A stretch of DNA of 36,539 bases from a bacterium (GTDB lineage: Bacteria > Hydrothermota > 32-111), in contig JAWOBN010000037.1 of NCBI GenBank assembly GCA_046484245.1, positions 1 through 36,539 of the forward strand, written 5' to 3'. Below, one piece after another: positions 18,578 to 27,616 of this stretch. The notes beneath the pieces were generated by a model. That model saw nothing but the letters and a program-made list of their open reading frames with translations, was not told where the DNA came from and searched no databases. Position 1 is the stretch's first letter; every line of letters begins with the position of its first letter. The position numbers and the translations under genes were made by a program.

Positions 18578-19565
18578 AAATAAAATTATTATAGATTAAG
18601 ATTGCAAGCAATGGCACAATGGCAAAGAGCAGGGAAAGATCTATAGATATTATCTCCTTCATGCCGACTGCAACCGGAAATGCATAAAGCACAAGATAAG
18701 GAATGAATCCAACAAAGAGAATAAAAACAATGAATGGTATATATTGATGTGATTTTTTTCTCATTCTCAGATAGATGCCGTATATCAACAGAGCCATACC
18801 AGTCAATGTCTCAATTCCCAGAATAAATTGTGTCCATCTTATGGCGTAGTTGAGCTGCTCCATGCGGACATGACTGAAATCACCCACCCACAGCAGATAA
18901 TAAATACTCCAGACAATGAATACTGCAGATGACAATAACAGAGGAATCAGAATAAGTTTCTCTCTTGTATTCCTGAAAATGAGCTTGATGCCCATAAAGA
19001 GAGGGAAACCTGCAGCAAATGAACCGGAGAAAATAAGGAATATGTATAGATACGGCTTTTCAAATGATACATAGGTATAGAGATACAGAATGCTCAGCAG
19101 AATATAAAAACAGTATATCCAGAATCCGTATTTATCTCTGCCCGGGAATGTTATATAGAAGAATACTGAAGAGAGGAGCAGCACAATAACAATAAATGCC
19201 GAAAAGACAATCTCATACCTCTTCTTCCTTGTCTCAAGCACAACCGGGACATCCTTGGTATCACCGTTTCTGAGAATTGTAAGCACAGCAATATCTCCTA
19301 TATTCATATCATAGATTATATTGCTCTTCATGTCATATTTATTTATGAATTCCCGGCCATTGACTGCAATAACTGTGTCAAGTATATGTATTCCCGATCT
19401 GTAGGCTTTGGAATCCACGGGAAGAAAGGAAACAACTGTTCCCTTTGATTCATTCTCTTCAAATTTCATCTGGAGCTCCGGACAGAACAAATAATCATAC
19501 AAACCTGCAAATAGCAGTATTACTGCAATTGAAGTGACAATCACAAAAAGTATATTATACTTCAT
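18552..19565 (-). CDS. PDZ-domain multi-pass membrane protein (1 TM + PDZ + ~7 TM), paralog of the adjacent gene
   Basis: PDZ signature DSKAYRSGIHILDTVIAVNG...IGD...LTILRNG; about seven TMs follow. Start 19565 or 19577. Confidence 0.8.
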   Translation of the reverse strand: MKYNILFVIVTSIAVILLFAGLYDYLFCPELQMKFEENESKGTVVSFLPVDSKAYRSGIHILDTVIAVNGREFINKYDMKSNIIYDMNIGDIAVLTILRNGDTKDVPVVLETRKKRYEIVFSAFIVIVLLLSSVFFYITFPGRDKYGFWIYCFYILLSILYLYTYVSFEKPYLYIFLIFSGSFAAGFPLFMGIKLIFRNTREKLILIPLLLSSAVFIVWSIYYLLWVGDFSHVRMEQLNYAIRWTQFILGIETLTGMALLIYGIYLRMRKKSHQYIPFIVFILFVGFIPYLVLYAFPVAVGMKEIISIDLSLLFAIVPLLAILIYNNFIYEKEHFVS

Positions 19566-19566
19566 T

Positions 19567-20376
19567 TCACAATTCAAAACTCATGAATTCTCTGCCTGCA
19601 CTGATGCTCTGATCAGGGAACTTAACTCTCTCCTCTTCCAGTATTCTCTTAATCTCCCTGTCCTTCCTCATGGGATCATGATGAGTCAGGACAATGTCTT
19701 TTACCCCTGCATCCATTCCGAGTTCAATTGCCTGACTGAATGTGGAATGCCCCCATCCCTCTTTCTCCAGCATATCCTCTTCAGTATACTGGGCATCATG
19801 TATGAGACAATCGGAACCTTCTGCAAATCTCACAAAATCATCCCGGGGTGTGACCATATCTGTGGGTGAGAATATTTCATTATCTGTCATAAAAACAAAT
19901 GATTTGTTGTTTCTTATGAACTTCATCCCCAGGCAGCCATTGGGGTGATTATTCTCCACTGTCTCAACAGTGATATCATCAATATTGAAGACACTGTCTA
20001 TCTTGCTGTGTTTTATCTTTGACGGAAGAGTTTTGTAATCTGCCGGGAAAAACGGCTGTTTCATCTGCAGACTCATTATGTCCCTGAGGTTCTGCTTGCC
20101 AAACATCTCTATCTCTATATTGGGGTCAAATATGGGATTAAAAAACGGGAGTCCCTGAAGATGATCCCAGTGATAATGAGTAAATAGAATGTAGAGATTC
20201 TTTATATTTTTCTTCTTGACATAGGGTCCTACATTAATAATACCCGTACCTGCATCAATTATAATGAATGTTGAATGTGTCTCAACAGTCAGACAAGTGG
20301 TATTCCCGCCATAGTAAATTGTATTGGGTCCCGGTGACGGAACTGAACCCCTGACTCCCCAGAATGTTACTATCAT
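19567..20376 (-). CDS. MBL-fold metallo-hydrolase (RNase Z/cyclic phosphodiesterase-like, signalling-associated subgroup)
   Basis: FWGVRGSVP, YGGNTTC, DAGTG, THYHWDHLQG, HP, TDNE, HDAQY, WGHS, HHDP. Confidence 0.92.
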   Translation of the reverse strand: MIVTFWGVRGSVPSPGPNTIYYGGNTTCLTVETHSTFIIIDAGTGIINVGPYVKKKNIKNLYILFTHYHWDHLQGLPFFNPIFDPNIEIEMFGKQNLRDIMSLQMKQPFFPADYKTLPSKIKHSKIDSVFNIDDITVETVENNHPNGCLGMKFIRNNKSFVFMTDNEIFSPTDMVTPRDDFVRFAEGSDCLIHDAQYTEEDMLEKEGWGHSTFSQAIELGMDAGVKDIVLTHHDPMRKDREIKRILEEERVKFPDQSISAGREFMSFEL

Positions 20377-20403
20377 AATTTCCCCAATTTTTATTACTTT
20401 AAA

Positions 20404-20431
20404 ATTTTAATATATTTTCATTTATAGTCAA
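20404..20431 (-). promoter_or_regulatory. sigma70-type promoter of the MBL/PDZ/HK operon
   Basis: Minus strand TTGACT-N16-TAAAAT, followed by a short leader with GGGG before ATG 20376. Confidence 0.55.
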
Positions 20432-20521
20432 GTACTTCGTTATTATAAAGTTATCTGTGACTGACGATCTCCAAACTCAGTATTGAAATGTTTTAATCTG
20501 CATATCAGCTCATCTTTACTC

Positions 20522-20549
20522 TTGACTATTGGGGGCTGTTTCATATTAT
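20522..20549 (+). promoter_or_regulatory. sigma70-type promoter of the carotenoid operon
   Basis: TTGACT-N16-TATTAT, then AAGGA and GTG 20567. Confidence 0.5.
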
Positions 20550-20566
20550 ATAAAAAAGGAAAGGGG

Positions 20567-22042
20567 GTGATTATCAAAAGAGCGATTGTCATAGGAGCGG
20601 GATTCGGAGGATTATCTGCAGGTACGATACTTGCACAGAGGGGGTATGAAGTTACTGTGATTGAGAAAAACGGCAGTCCGGGGGGCAGATGCAGACAATG
20701 GGAGACATCCGGCTATAAATTTGACATGGGTCCATCCTGGTATCTCATGCCCGATGTATTTGAACATTATTTTTCTGTTCTCGGTGAGAGTATAAATGAT
20801 TATTACAGTATTAAACGCCTTGATCCCAATTACCGGCTCTTCTTTGATAACCGCGAACCGATTGATATACCTGCAGATATTGAAGGTATATATGAGATCT
20901 TTGACTCCATGGAGGAGAATGGGGCATCAAAACTGAAACAATTCCTCAATATTGCAAAGTTTCAGTATGATACTGCAATGGAGAGATTTATGTACAGGGA
21001 TTATAATTCCATCAGAAATATAATGGATATGAATCTTGCTGTTCAGGGTCTCAAACTCCATATTTTTGAAAGTGTTGATAAATTTGTCAGCCGTTATTTC
21101 AGTAATGAGGATTTAAGGAAGATACTGGAGTATACTATGGTGTTCCTCGGCGGTTCGCCCAATAATACACCTGCACTCTATTCCATTATGTCCCATGTGG
21201 ATTTTGATCTCGGTGTCTGGTATCCCAAGGGAGGAATGTATAAACTGTCCACTGCATTCCGTGACCTGGCAGAAAAGAAGGGCGTCAAATTCATGTTCAA
21301 CACACCGGTCAGGTCAATCAATATTGAGAAGAACAGGGCAGTGTCTGTTTCAACTCCCGACAGTGAGATTGAAGCAGATATTATAATCTCAAATGCTGAT
21401 TATCATCATACTGAAATGGATCTGCTTCCTGAACAATACAGAACATATAAGGATAAATACTGGAATAAAAAAGTTATGGGTCCATCTTCATTCCTCATGT
21501 ATCTGGGGATAGACAGGGAGATTGACAATCTTAAACATCACAATCTCTATCTCTCCGGTTCATGGGACAGGCATTTCAGTGATATATTTGACAATCCGCA
21601 GTGGCCCGGTGATCCATCTTACTATGTATCAGTGATATCCAAGACAGACAGCAACACTGCACCTGAGGGTAAGGAGAATGTCTTTGTCCTGGTTCCTGTT
21701 GCAAGCGGTCTGAAGGACACTGAGGAAATAAGAGACAAGTACAGCCAAAAGACATTGGATCATTTATCCGGACTCTGCGGTTTTAATATCAGAAATCATA
21801 TTGATGTCAAAAGGACATTTGCTCACAATGATTTCAAAAATGACTATAATGCCTATAAGGGGACTGCTCTGGGAATGAGTCATACATTGATGCAGACAGC
21901 AATATTCAGATGCTCCAATCAATCAAAGAAAGTCAAGAACCTCTTCTACAGCGGTTCCTATACTCATCCCGGTATCGGCATACCCATGGTTATAATTTCA
22001 GGAGAGGTTATAGCAGATAAGATAAGCAGGCTCTATGATTGA
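20567..22042 (+). CDS. crtI: Phytoene desaturase
   Basis: VIGAGFGGL, PGGR, FDMGPSWYLMPD, YPKGGM, NAYKGTALG..HTLMQT, THPGIGIPMVIISG. GTG start 20567 with SD (ORF track 20483 is too long). Confidence 0.93.
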   Translation: MIIKRAIVIGAGFGGLSAGTILAQRGYEVTVIEKNGSPGGRCRQWETSGYKFDMGPSWYLMPDVFEHYFSVLGESINDYYSIKRLDPNYRLFFDNREPIDIPADIEGIYEIFDSMEENGASKLKQFLNIAKFQYDTAMERFMYRDYNSIRNIMDMNLAVQGLKLHIFESVDKFVSRYFSNEDLRKILEYTMVFLGGSPNNTPALYSIMSHVDFDLGVWYPKGGMYKLSTAFRDLAEKKGVKFMFNTPVRSINIEKNRAVSVSTPDSEIEADIIISNADYHHTEMDLLPEQYRTYKDKYWNKKVMGPSSFLMYLGIDREIDNLKHHNLYLSGSWDRHFSDIFDNPQWPGDPSYYVSVISKTDSNTAPEGKENVFVLVPVASGLKDTEEIRDKYSQKTLDHLSGLCGFNIRNHIDVKRTFAHNDFKNDYNAYKGTALGMSHTLMQTAIFRCSNQSKKVKNLFYSGSYTHPGIGIPMVIISGEVIADKISRLYD

Positions 22043-22862
22043 AGAGACAGTATACAGTTTGTTCAAGAATGGTTCCAAGACCTATTTCTATTCATCACTG
22101 TTCTTTCCCAAATATATAAGATACAATGTCTTTGTACTGTACGGATTTGTGAGAAAAGCTGATGATTTTGTTGATGCAGTACCGCAGGACAAGGAGGGCT
22201 TTTACAGATTCACAAATGAGTACAGAGAAACATTGAGAACAGGTGATGCGGATGATATTGTCATTGATCTCTTTGTTCAGATGATGAGGAATAAGGGAAT
22301 CAGGGAAGAATGGGTCAATGCATTCCTCTATTCAATGCGGAAAGACCTCAATAAATCAACCTATAAGACTCTAGGAGAAACAAAGGAGTATATCTACGGT
22401 TCTGCTGAGGTCATAGGTCTTATGATGAGCACAATCATGGGACTGCCGAAGAGAGCATACTCTCAGGCAAGATTACTCGGCAGAGCGATGCAGTATATCA
22501 ATTTCATAAGGGACATTGATGAAGATATTGAATTGGGCAGGATTTATCTGCCGGAGGATGAGATGATAAAATATAATCTCAAGTCACTGAGAGAGGACTA
22601 TACGAGAAAACATCCTGATGATTTCAAAAGGTTCATGCGGGCTCAGATCAGAAGATATGCCAAATGGCAGAAAGAAGCAGAAAAGGGATATATCTATATT
22701 CCCCGTCTCTTTCTCATACCAATAAAGACAGCATCGGATATGTATAACTGGACTGCGCGCGAAATCATGAGAGATCCCTTTACTGTATATAATAAGAAGA
22801 TCAAACCATCCATAGCTTATATCATCACTACAATCATCAAAAATACGGTCAATTCATTATGA
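22035..22862 (+). CDS. crtB: Phytoene synthase
   Basis: GSKTYFYSS, LYGFVRKADDFVD, YIYGSAEVIGLM, LGRAMQYINFIRDIDED..LGRIYLP. Confidence 0.93.
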   Translation: MIEETVYSLFKNGSKTYFYSSLFFPKYIRYNVFVLYGFVRKADDFVDAVPQDKEGFYRFTNEYRETLRTGDADDIVIDLFVQMMRNKGIREEWVNAFLYSMRKDLNKSTYKTLGETKEYIYGSAEVIGLMMSTIMGLPKRAYSQARLLGRAMQYINFIRDIDEDIELGRIYLPEDEMIKYNLKSLREDYTRKHPDDFKRFMRAQIRRYAKWQKEAEKGYIYIPRLFLIPIKTASDMYNWTAREIMRDPFTVYNKKIKPSIAYIITTIIKNTVNSL

Positions 22863-23446
22863 AAACACTTATTCTGTTTTTATCATGTCTCACCCTCTTC
22901 CTTATTCTTACAGGCAGTAATTCACCTTATAAAGAGCAGATAGACAGGGAGAAGCTCCACTATATAAGAACAAGGTATTATGCTGCAATAGAAGACCCCG
23001 CTGGTGCTGACAGTCTCTATCATTTTATAGAGAATGAATACGGCAGTGACTATAATGATTATAATCCCATAGTAAGGGCATATTATGCATGCCTGATCGG
23101 TCTCAAGGGCAAGTTCAATAATAATCCCTATACCAAATATAAATATGTCAATGACGGTATAAGAAAGATAGATTCAGCAGTCAGTGAATTTGAGTACTGC
23201 ATGGAGATAAGGTTTCTCCGGTTCTCATTCTACCACTATCTTCCGGATCTCTTCGGCATTGACCGGAAGAGAGAACAGGACAGGCAAATCATCACAGATA
23301 TGTTCAAGAAGCAGGATTATACTTTTGTACCCGAGGAAATCCAGGCTGACATGATTGAATTTACAATCAATACAGGTAGATTAGAAAAAGATGCATCAGA
23401 CACATTAAAGACAATACTGAAAGATTTGAGAGATGACAATGAGTAG
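22859..23446 (+). CDS. Exported helical (TPR-like) protein of unknown function inside the crt operon
   Basis: N-terminal signal peptide; NPYTKYKYVNDG, EIRFLRFS..YLP.LFG; coupled to both neighbours. Confidence 0.75.
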   Translation: MKTLILFLSCLTLFLILTGSNSPYKEQIDREKLHYIRTRYYAAIEDPAGADSLYHFIENEYGSDYNDYNPIVRAYYACLIGLKGKFNNNPYTKYKYVNDGIRKIDSAVSEFEYCMEIRFLRFSFYHYLPDLFGIDRKREQDRQIITDMFKKQDYTFVPEEIQADMIEFTINTGRLEKDASDTLKTILKDLRDDNE

Positions 23447-24119
23447 ATATATTCTTATCAATATAATAATACTCTCTATTCCCCTTTTCCTGTCCTTTGA
23501 CAGGCGTGTAAGATACTACAGCAAGCTTCACCTCACAGGGTTTTCCATTCTGATAACAAGCTCACTCTTCATACTGTGGGACATTATTGCATCAGGCAGG
23601 GGTGACTGGTATTTCAATTCTCAATTCATATCCTCTTTCAGTTTCTTTCACCTTCCGCTCGGTGAATGGATGTTTTTCTTTACAGTTCCCTATTCCTGCC
23701 TGTTCCTCTATGAAACCTACAGAACATACATACCCGAGAGAAGAATACATATTAGTCCATTGATATTTTACACACTCGCTCTGATAAGCATTGTATCCGG
23801 CATAGTGCTTATTGAGAAGCTGTACACCTCAACCGTACTGCTTGTAACAGGATTTGTATTTATTATGAATGCTTTGTGTTTCAGTGACATGACTGAGGAT
23901 TTAAGATACTGGATCTACATTGCATCCACAATGGTGCTGTTCATAATATTCAATTATTTTCTCACCTCAATGCCTATTGTCATGTATAATCCCAATGCAA
24001 TTACAGGACTCAGATTCCTCACAATACCACTGGAGGATTTTCTCTACAACTATTCACTACTGACTCTTTATGCAGGCATATTCCTTATTGCGGGGAAAAG
24101 ATGGGCAAAGACAAAGTAG
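23433..24119 (+). CDS. Membrane lycopene cyclase (two CrtYc/Yd-type domains)
   Basis: Two repeats: FILWD...GDW.FN...LPLGEWMFFF.VPY and YN...G.R..TIPLEDFLY; multi-TM. Confidence 0.88.
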   Translation: MTMSRYILINIIILSIPLFLSFDRRVRYYSKLHLTGFSILITSSLFILWDIIASGRGDWYFNSQFISSFSFFHLPLGEWMFFFTVPYSCLFLYETYRTYIPERRIHISPLIFYTLALISIVSGIVLIEKLYTSTVLLVTGFVFIMNALCFSDMTEDLRYWIYIASTMVLFIIFNYFLTSMPIVMYNPNAITGLRFLTIPLEDFLYNYSLLTLYAGIFLIAGKRWAKTK

Positions 24120-25588
24120 CTGTTGTCGGTTCCGGTCTGGGAGGCCTGTCTGCAGCCATAAGGCTTGCATCTGCAGGATACAGTGTTCATGTATTTGAAC
24201 AGAGAGACAGCCCGGGAGGTAAAGCGGATATACTCAGACTGGGGGATTACAGGTTTGACTGCGGTCCTTCACTCCTTACAATGCCATTTGTCTTTGAAGA
24301 ACTCTTTGATTCAGCCGGTGAGGATATGGACCAGTATCTCTCATTCACACCACTGGACATACACTGCAGATATTTCTACAGTGACAGCACTGTGATAGAC
24401 CGGTACAGTGATCTGAATGATTTCAGGAATGAGATAATTAGTAAGACCCGTTCCAGGCCTGTTCTTGATGAATTCTATGCTCATCTGAAGGCAATCTACG
24501 AATACACATCTGACATTTTCCTCTACAATACACCATTTGAAAAGGATATACTGCTGAGGAAAGAAAATCTCCTTAAACTGCCTGCTGTCTATAAGACAGA
24601 TGCAATAAGGTCACTGAGCAAGATGAATAATGCATATTTCAATGACAGCAGGATAATACAGTTGTTCAACAGGTATGCCACATACAATGGTTCATCACCA
24701 TACAGATGTCCTGCAACATTCGGCATTATTCCCTATATTGAGGAAGCATTCGGTGCATATAATGTTGACGGCGGGATATACTCCATAACAAATGCACTGT
24801 TCAAACTTGCCCGGGAAAAGGGTGTGATATTCCATTTCAACAGTACTGTGAGAAAGATCATAATAAAGGGCAGAACAGTCCGGGGCATTGTTGTCGGAAA
24901 CACTGTGAAAAAATTCCGGCGTATTGTAATCAACACTGATGTTAATTACTGTTACGAGAATCTTATTGACAATCACTCTCTCTCTTATCAGATTCAGAAG
25001 ATCAATGAGCCCTCCTCATCAGCCTTTGTATTCTACTGGGGCATAAAGGGAAATCATGATATTCTGAAAACCCACAATATACTTTTCAGCAGAAATTACA
25101 GGGATGAATTCCACTCCATATTCAGCAGCAAGAAGATATACAGTGACCCTACCATTTATATAAATATCACATCCAAATACTCGCCCTCCGATGCGCCTGA
25201 CGGATGCGAGAACTGGTTTGTAATGGTGAATGTGCCTGCTGACACAGATAAGGACTGGCATTCCATAAAGCAGTATATGCGCAATATCATTATAAGTAAG
25301 ATTAAAAACTACACAAACATTGATATTGCAGATAGAATAGAGACAGAACATTCATGGGACCCATACGGTATTGAAAGTGACACATCCTCCCGGAATGGTT
25401 CTATTTACGGTCATTCATCCAACAGCTTATTCTCCGCCTTTCTCCGCCAGCCGAACAGAAGCATGGAATTCAAAGGCCTTTATTTCTGCGGGGGCAGTGC
25501 TCATCCCGGGGGCGGGATGCCCCTTGTTGTTCTATCGGGAAAATTTGTATCAGACATTATAAGGAGTCAGGACAATGCATTGGATTAA
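24101..25588 (+). CDS. crtD: CrtI-family desaturase, likely 1-hydroxycarotenoid 3,4-desaturase
   Basis: VVGSGLGGL, FDCGPSLLTMP, FNRYATYNGSSPY, EPSSSAFVFYWG, GSIYGHSSN, GGSAHPGGGMP; adjacent to a CruF-like gene. Confidence 0.78.
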   Translation: MGKDKVAVVGSGLGGLSAAIRLASAGYSVHVFEQRDSPGGKADILRLGDYRFDCGPSLLTMPFVFEELFDSAGEDMDQYLSFTPLDIHCRYFYSDSTVIDRYSDLNDFRNEIISKTRSRPVLDEFYAHLKAIYEYTSDIFLYNTPFEKDILLRKENLLKLPAVYKTDAIRSLSKMNNAYFNDSRIIQLFNRYATYNGSSPYRCPATFGIIPYIEEAFGAYNVDGGIYSITNALFKLAREKGVIFHFNSTVRKIIIKGRTVRGIVVGNTVKKFRRIVINTDVNYCYENLIDNHSLSYQIQKINEPSSSAFVFYWGIKGNHDILKTHNILFSRNYRDEFHSIFSSKKIYSDPTIYINITSKYSPSDAPDGCENWFVMVNVPADTDKDWHSIKQYMRNIIISKIKNYTNIDIADRIETEHSWDPYGIESDTSSRNGSIYGHSSNSLFSAFLRQPNRSMEFKGLYFCGGSAHPGGGMPLVVLSGKFVSDIIRSQDNALD

Positions 25589-26219
25589 AAAACACAGTGA
25601 CAGGACAATGATACTGCTGCTCTACTCCTTCTTTGCCACAGGCATTGCCGGTCATATATATACTCCCACAAGGGATTTGATGCTTCAACTGACACCATTC
25701 ACCCTCCTCCTGACAGGCCTTTTTGTCCTGTTCTATTCATTCAGGGACAATAAAAGGATATTTGCATTTGTCGCAGTGACATGGACTATCACTTTTTTTG
25801 TTGAAGTACTCGGTGTCAAGACAGGTGCAGTTTTCGGCCAGTACAGATACGGGAATTCACTGGGTTTACAGATAATGGATGTTCCTCTTATCATAGGTCT
25901 CAACTGGGTGATACTCATCATGGCATCCTGTGATTTCATTATGCAGTATGAAGACCGTATTTTCATGGGGGCGGTTTTTGCAGGCATCATGACGGTCTGC
26001 CTGGACCTATTCATAGAACCGGTCGCAATACGTCTTGATTACTGGCATTGGAGCTCCGGTATGCCGCCTATGAAGAATTATGCAGCGTGGTTTATCATTA
26101 CCTTCATTATTGCGCTTGTGTATCAGAAATTACAGTACAGATCACAATCTTCAATACTCAAACACTACTTTCTCGTACAGCTCATATTCTTTATGACTAT
26201 CTACATTGCTCTTGCTTAG
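25575..26219 (+). CDS. cruF: Carotenoid biosynthesis membrane protein (CruF-type 1,2-hydratase, DUF422)
   Basis: EVLGVKTGAVFGQYRYG, VPLIIGLNW, DLFIEPVA....YWHW, PMKNYAAWF. Confidence 0.8.
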   Translation: MHWIKKHSDRTMILLLYSFFATGIAGHIYTPTRDLMLQLTPFTLLLTGLFVLFYSFRDNKRIFAFVAVTWTITFFVEVLGVKTGAVFGQYRYGNSLGLQIMDVPLIIGLNWVILIMASCDFIMQYEDRIFMGAVFAGIMTVCLDLFIEPVAIRLDYWHWSSGMPPMKNYAAWFIITFIIALVYQKLQYRSQSSILKHYFLVQLIFFMTIYIALA

Positions 26220-26256
26220 CACTGAATCACTGTTTTTAATAAATTCTAAAAAAATA

Positions 26257-26285
26257 TTGACTTGATCTGCCCGCTGTATTATACT
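26257..26285 (+). promoter_or_regulatory. sigma70-type promoter of the protease-pilB-dinG operon
   Basis: TTGACT-N17-TATACT, then AGGAG before ATG 26306. Confidence 0.7.
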
Positions 26286-26305
26286 GATTATTAAACAGGA
26301 GTTTA

Positions 26306-27355
26306 ATGAGGGATAATAGATTTGAATTCTTCATACTGTACAATAGAGAGATGCTTGAACAGATATTCGGCAGTGACTCAATTGCACGCATACAGGATGC
26401 ATTTGTATCATCACTGGGCAATTGCCTCTTCATAGAATATTCTGAGACCAGAAGAGCAGACCTGAAGGAATATATTCTCTCTACTGCATCAAACAGTACA
26501 ATGCTCATTATTGCAGGCGACCATAATATGGTGCCATTTGAAAGCATAGAGTCGCCTGTAAGTGACGGGGATAGAATGATACTGACTGACAATTTCTTTG
26601 CAGGAAAACTCCTTGAAATACCCGACATACCGGTTTCCCGCATCCCCTTTGCCGAGAGTGAGGGTATTGATGATTATATCAGGAAGCTGGACAGGATTCT
26701 CTCCAATGTGGAATTGTCATGCACGGAGAAATTCGGCATGACTGCAGCTGTATGGCAGACCTCGGCTGCTCGTGTATTTGACAGTATTGACGGCATGGGG
26801 GAGATGATTGTATCCCCTCCATTCTCTATTGAAGATAATGAGGGCATTGCATTCAATAATGTGAACGGCTGTCTCTATTTCAATGTTCACGGTGCAGAAC
26901 ATCTGCCGGGATGGTACGGGCAGAAGAAGCCGTCAGATAATGAGAGCGAGGAATTCCCCCTCTGCATTACACCGGGTTCATTCACTGAAGGTCTCAACAC
27001 CTCATTCATCATGACGGAAGCATGTTTCGGCGGATTTGTAAAAGGGAAGAAAGCTCAGCAGTCCATAGCACTCACTGCACTGTCATCAGGCATATCATTC
27101 TTTCTCGGTTCAACAGCAACAGCTTACGGCACATACTTCCCTCCACTCTCTGAAGCAGACATGCTCTGCAGTATATTCGCAGATGAACTCCGGTCAGGCA
27201 ATCCTGCGGGCATTGCCCTGAGAGATGCTAAACAGAAATTTGCAAGAAGGAATATTGAAAAGCACGGTTTTCTGGATAATGATGATAAGAAAACATTATT
27301 GACATTCACACTATACGGCAATCCCTCAGCGGAGGTTATTGATGAAACAGAATGA
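26306..27355 (+). CDS. C25 (gingipain-like, caspase-hemoglobinase fold) cysteine peptidase without a signal peptide
   Basis: IIAGD...VPF, TDNFF, PDIPVSRIP, catalytic-like YFNVHG and TEACFG, terminal LYGNP. Confidence 0.75.
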   Translation: MRDNRFEFFILYNREMLEQIFGSDSIARIQDAFVSSLGNCLFIEYSETRRADLKEYILSTASNSTMLIIAGDHNMVPFESIESPVSDGDRMILTDNFFAGKLLEIPDIPVSRIPFAESEGIDDYIRKLDRILSNVELSCTEKFGMTAAVWQTSAARVFDSIDGMGEMIVSPPFSIEDNEGIAFNNVNGCLYFNVHGAEHLPGWYGQKKPSDNESEEFPLCITPGSFTEGLNTSFIMTEACFGGFVKGKKAQQSIALTALSSGISFFLGSTATAYGTYFPPLSEADMLCSIFADELRSGNPAGIALRDAKQKFARRNIEKHGFLDNDDKKTLLTFTLYGNPSAEVIDETE

Positions 27356-27602
27356 ATTGACGAGATTATGTGAAGAGAGGATAAGAGCGGAATTTCCCGA
27401 GTTCAGTGATATTGAACCGAGGATTGAGACAATAGACACTGATGTGAAAAAATATTCAAAGCAGCTCGGCAGACAGTTCACCGGAGGTGACAAGAAGATG
27501 TACGGATATGTCTATGAAAAGCACATCAATGATTTCAAAAAAATCCTCAGGATTGTTATTGATGAAAACGGCAATATCATTAAAATTACTCACAGTAAAT
27601 AA
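27342..27602 (+). CDS. Small hypothetical protein coupled to the C25 peptidase
   Basis: GGAGG SD; overlaps the peptidase stop; C-terminal hairpin ILRIVIDENGNIIKI. Start ATG 27342 or TTG 27339. Confidence 0.75.
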   Translation: MKQNELTRLCEERIRAEFPEFSDIEPRIETIDTDVKKYSKQLGRQFTGGDKKMYGYVYEKHINDFKKILRIVIDENGNIIKITHSK

Positions 27603-27616
27603 AGCAGGAGATATTT

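Noticed and set aside
17546..19565. 7TM proteins as rhodopsins, given the adjacent carotenoid genes
   Set aside because: No retinal-binding Lys motif in the last helix; a PDZ domain is present; no blh/brp gene.
20483..20566. N-terminal extension of CrtI in the ORF track
   Set aside because: Region contains the promoter and SD; GTG 20567 puts the FAD-binding motif at the N-terminus as expected.
22035..22862. crtB as a ComQ-like peptide prenyltransferase for the ComP-like sensors
   Set aside because: Typical phytoene synthase motifs within a complete crt operon; no ComX-like small ORF seen.
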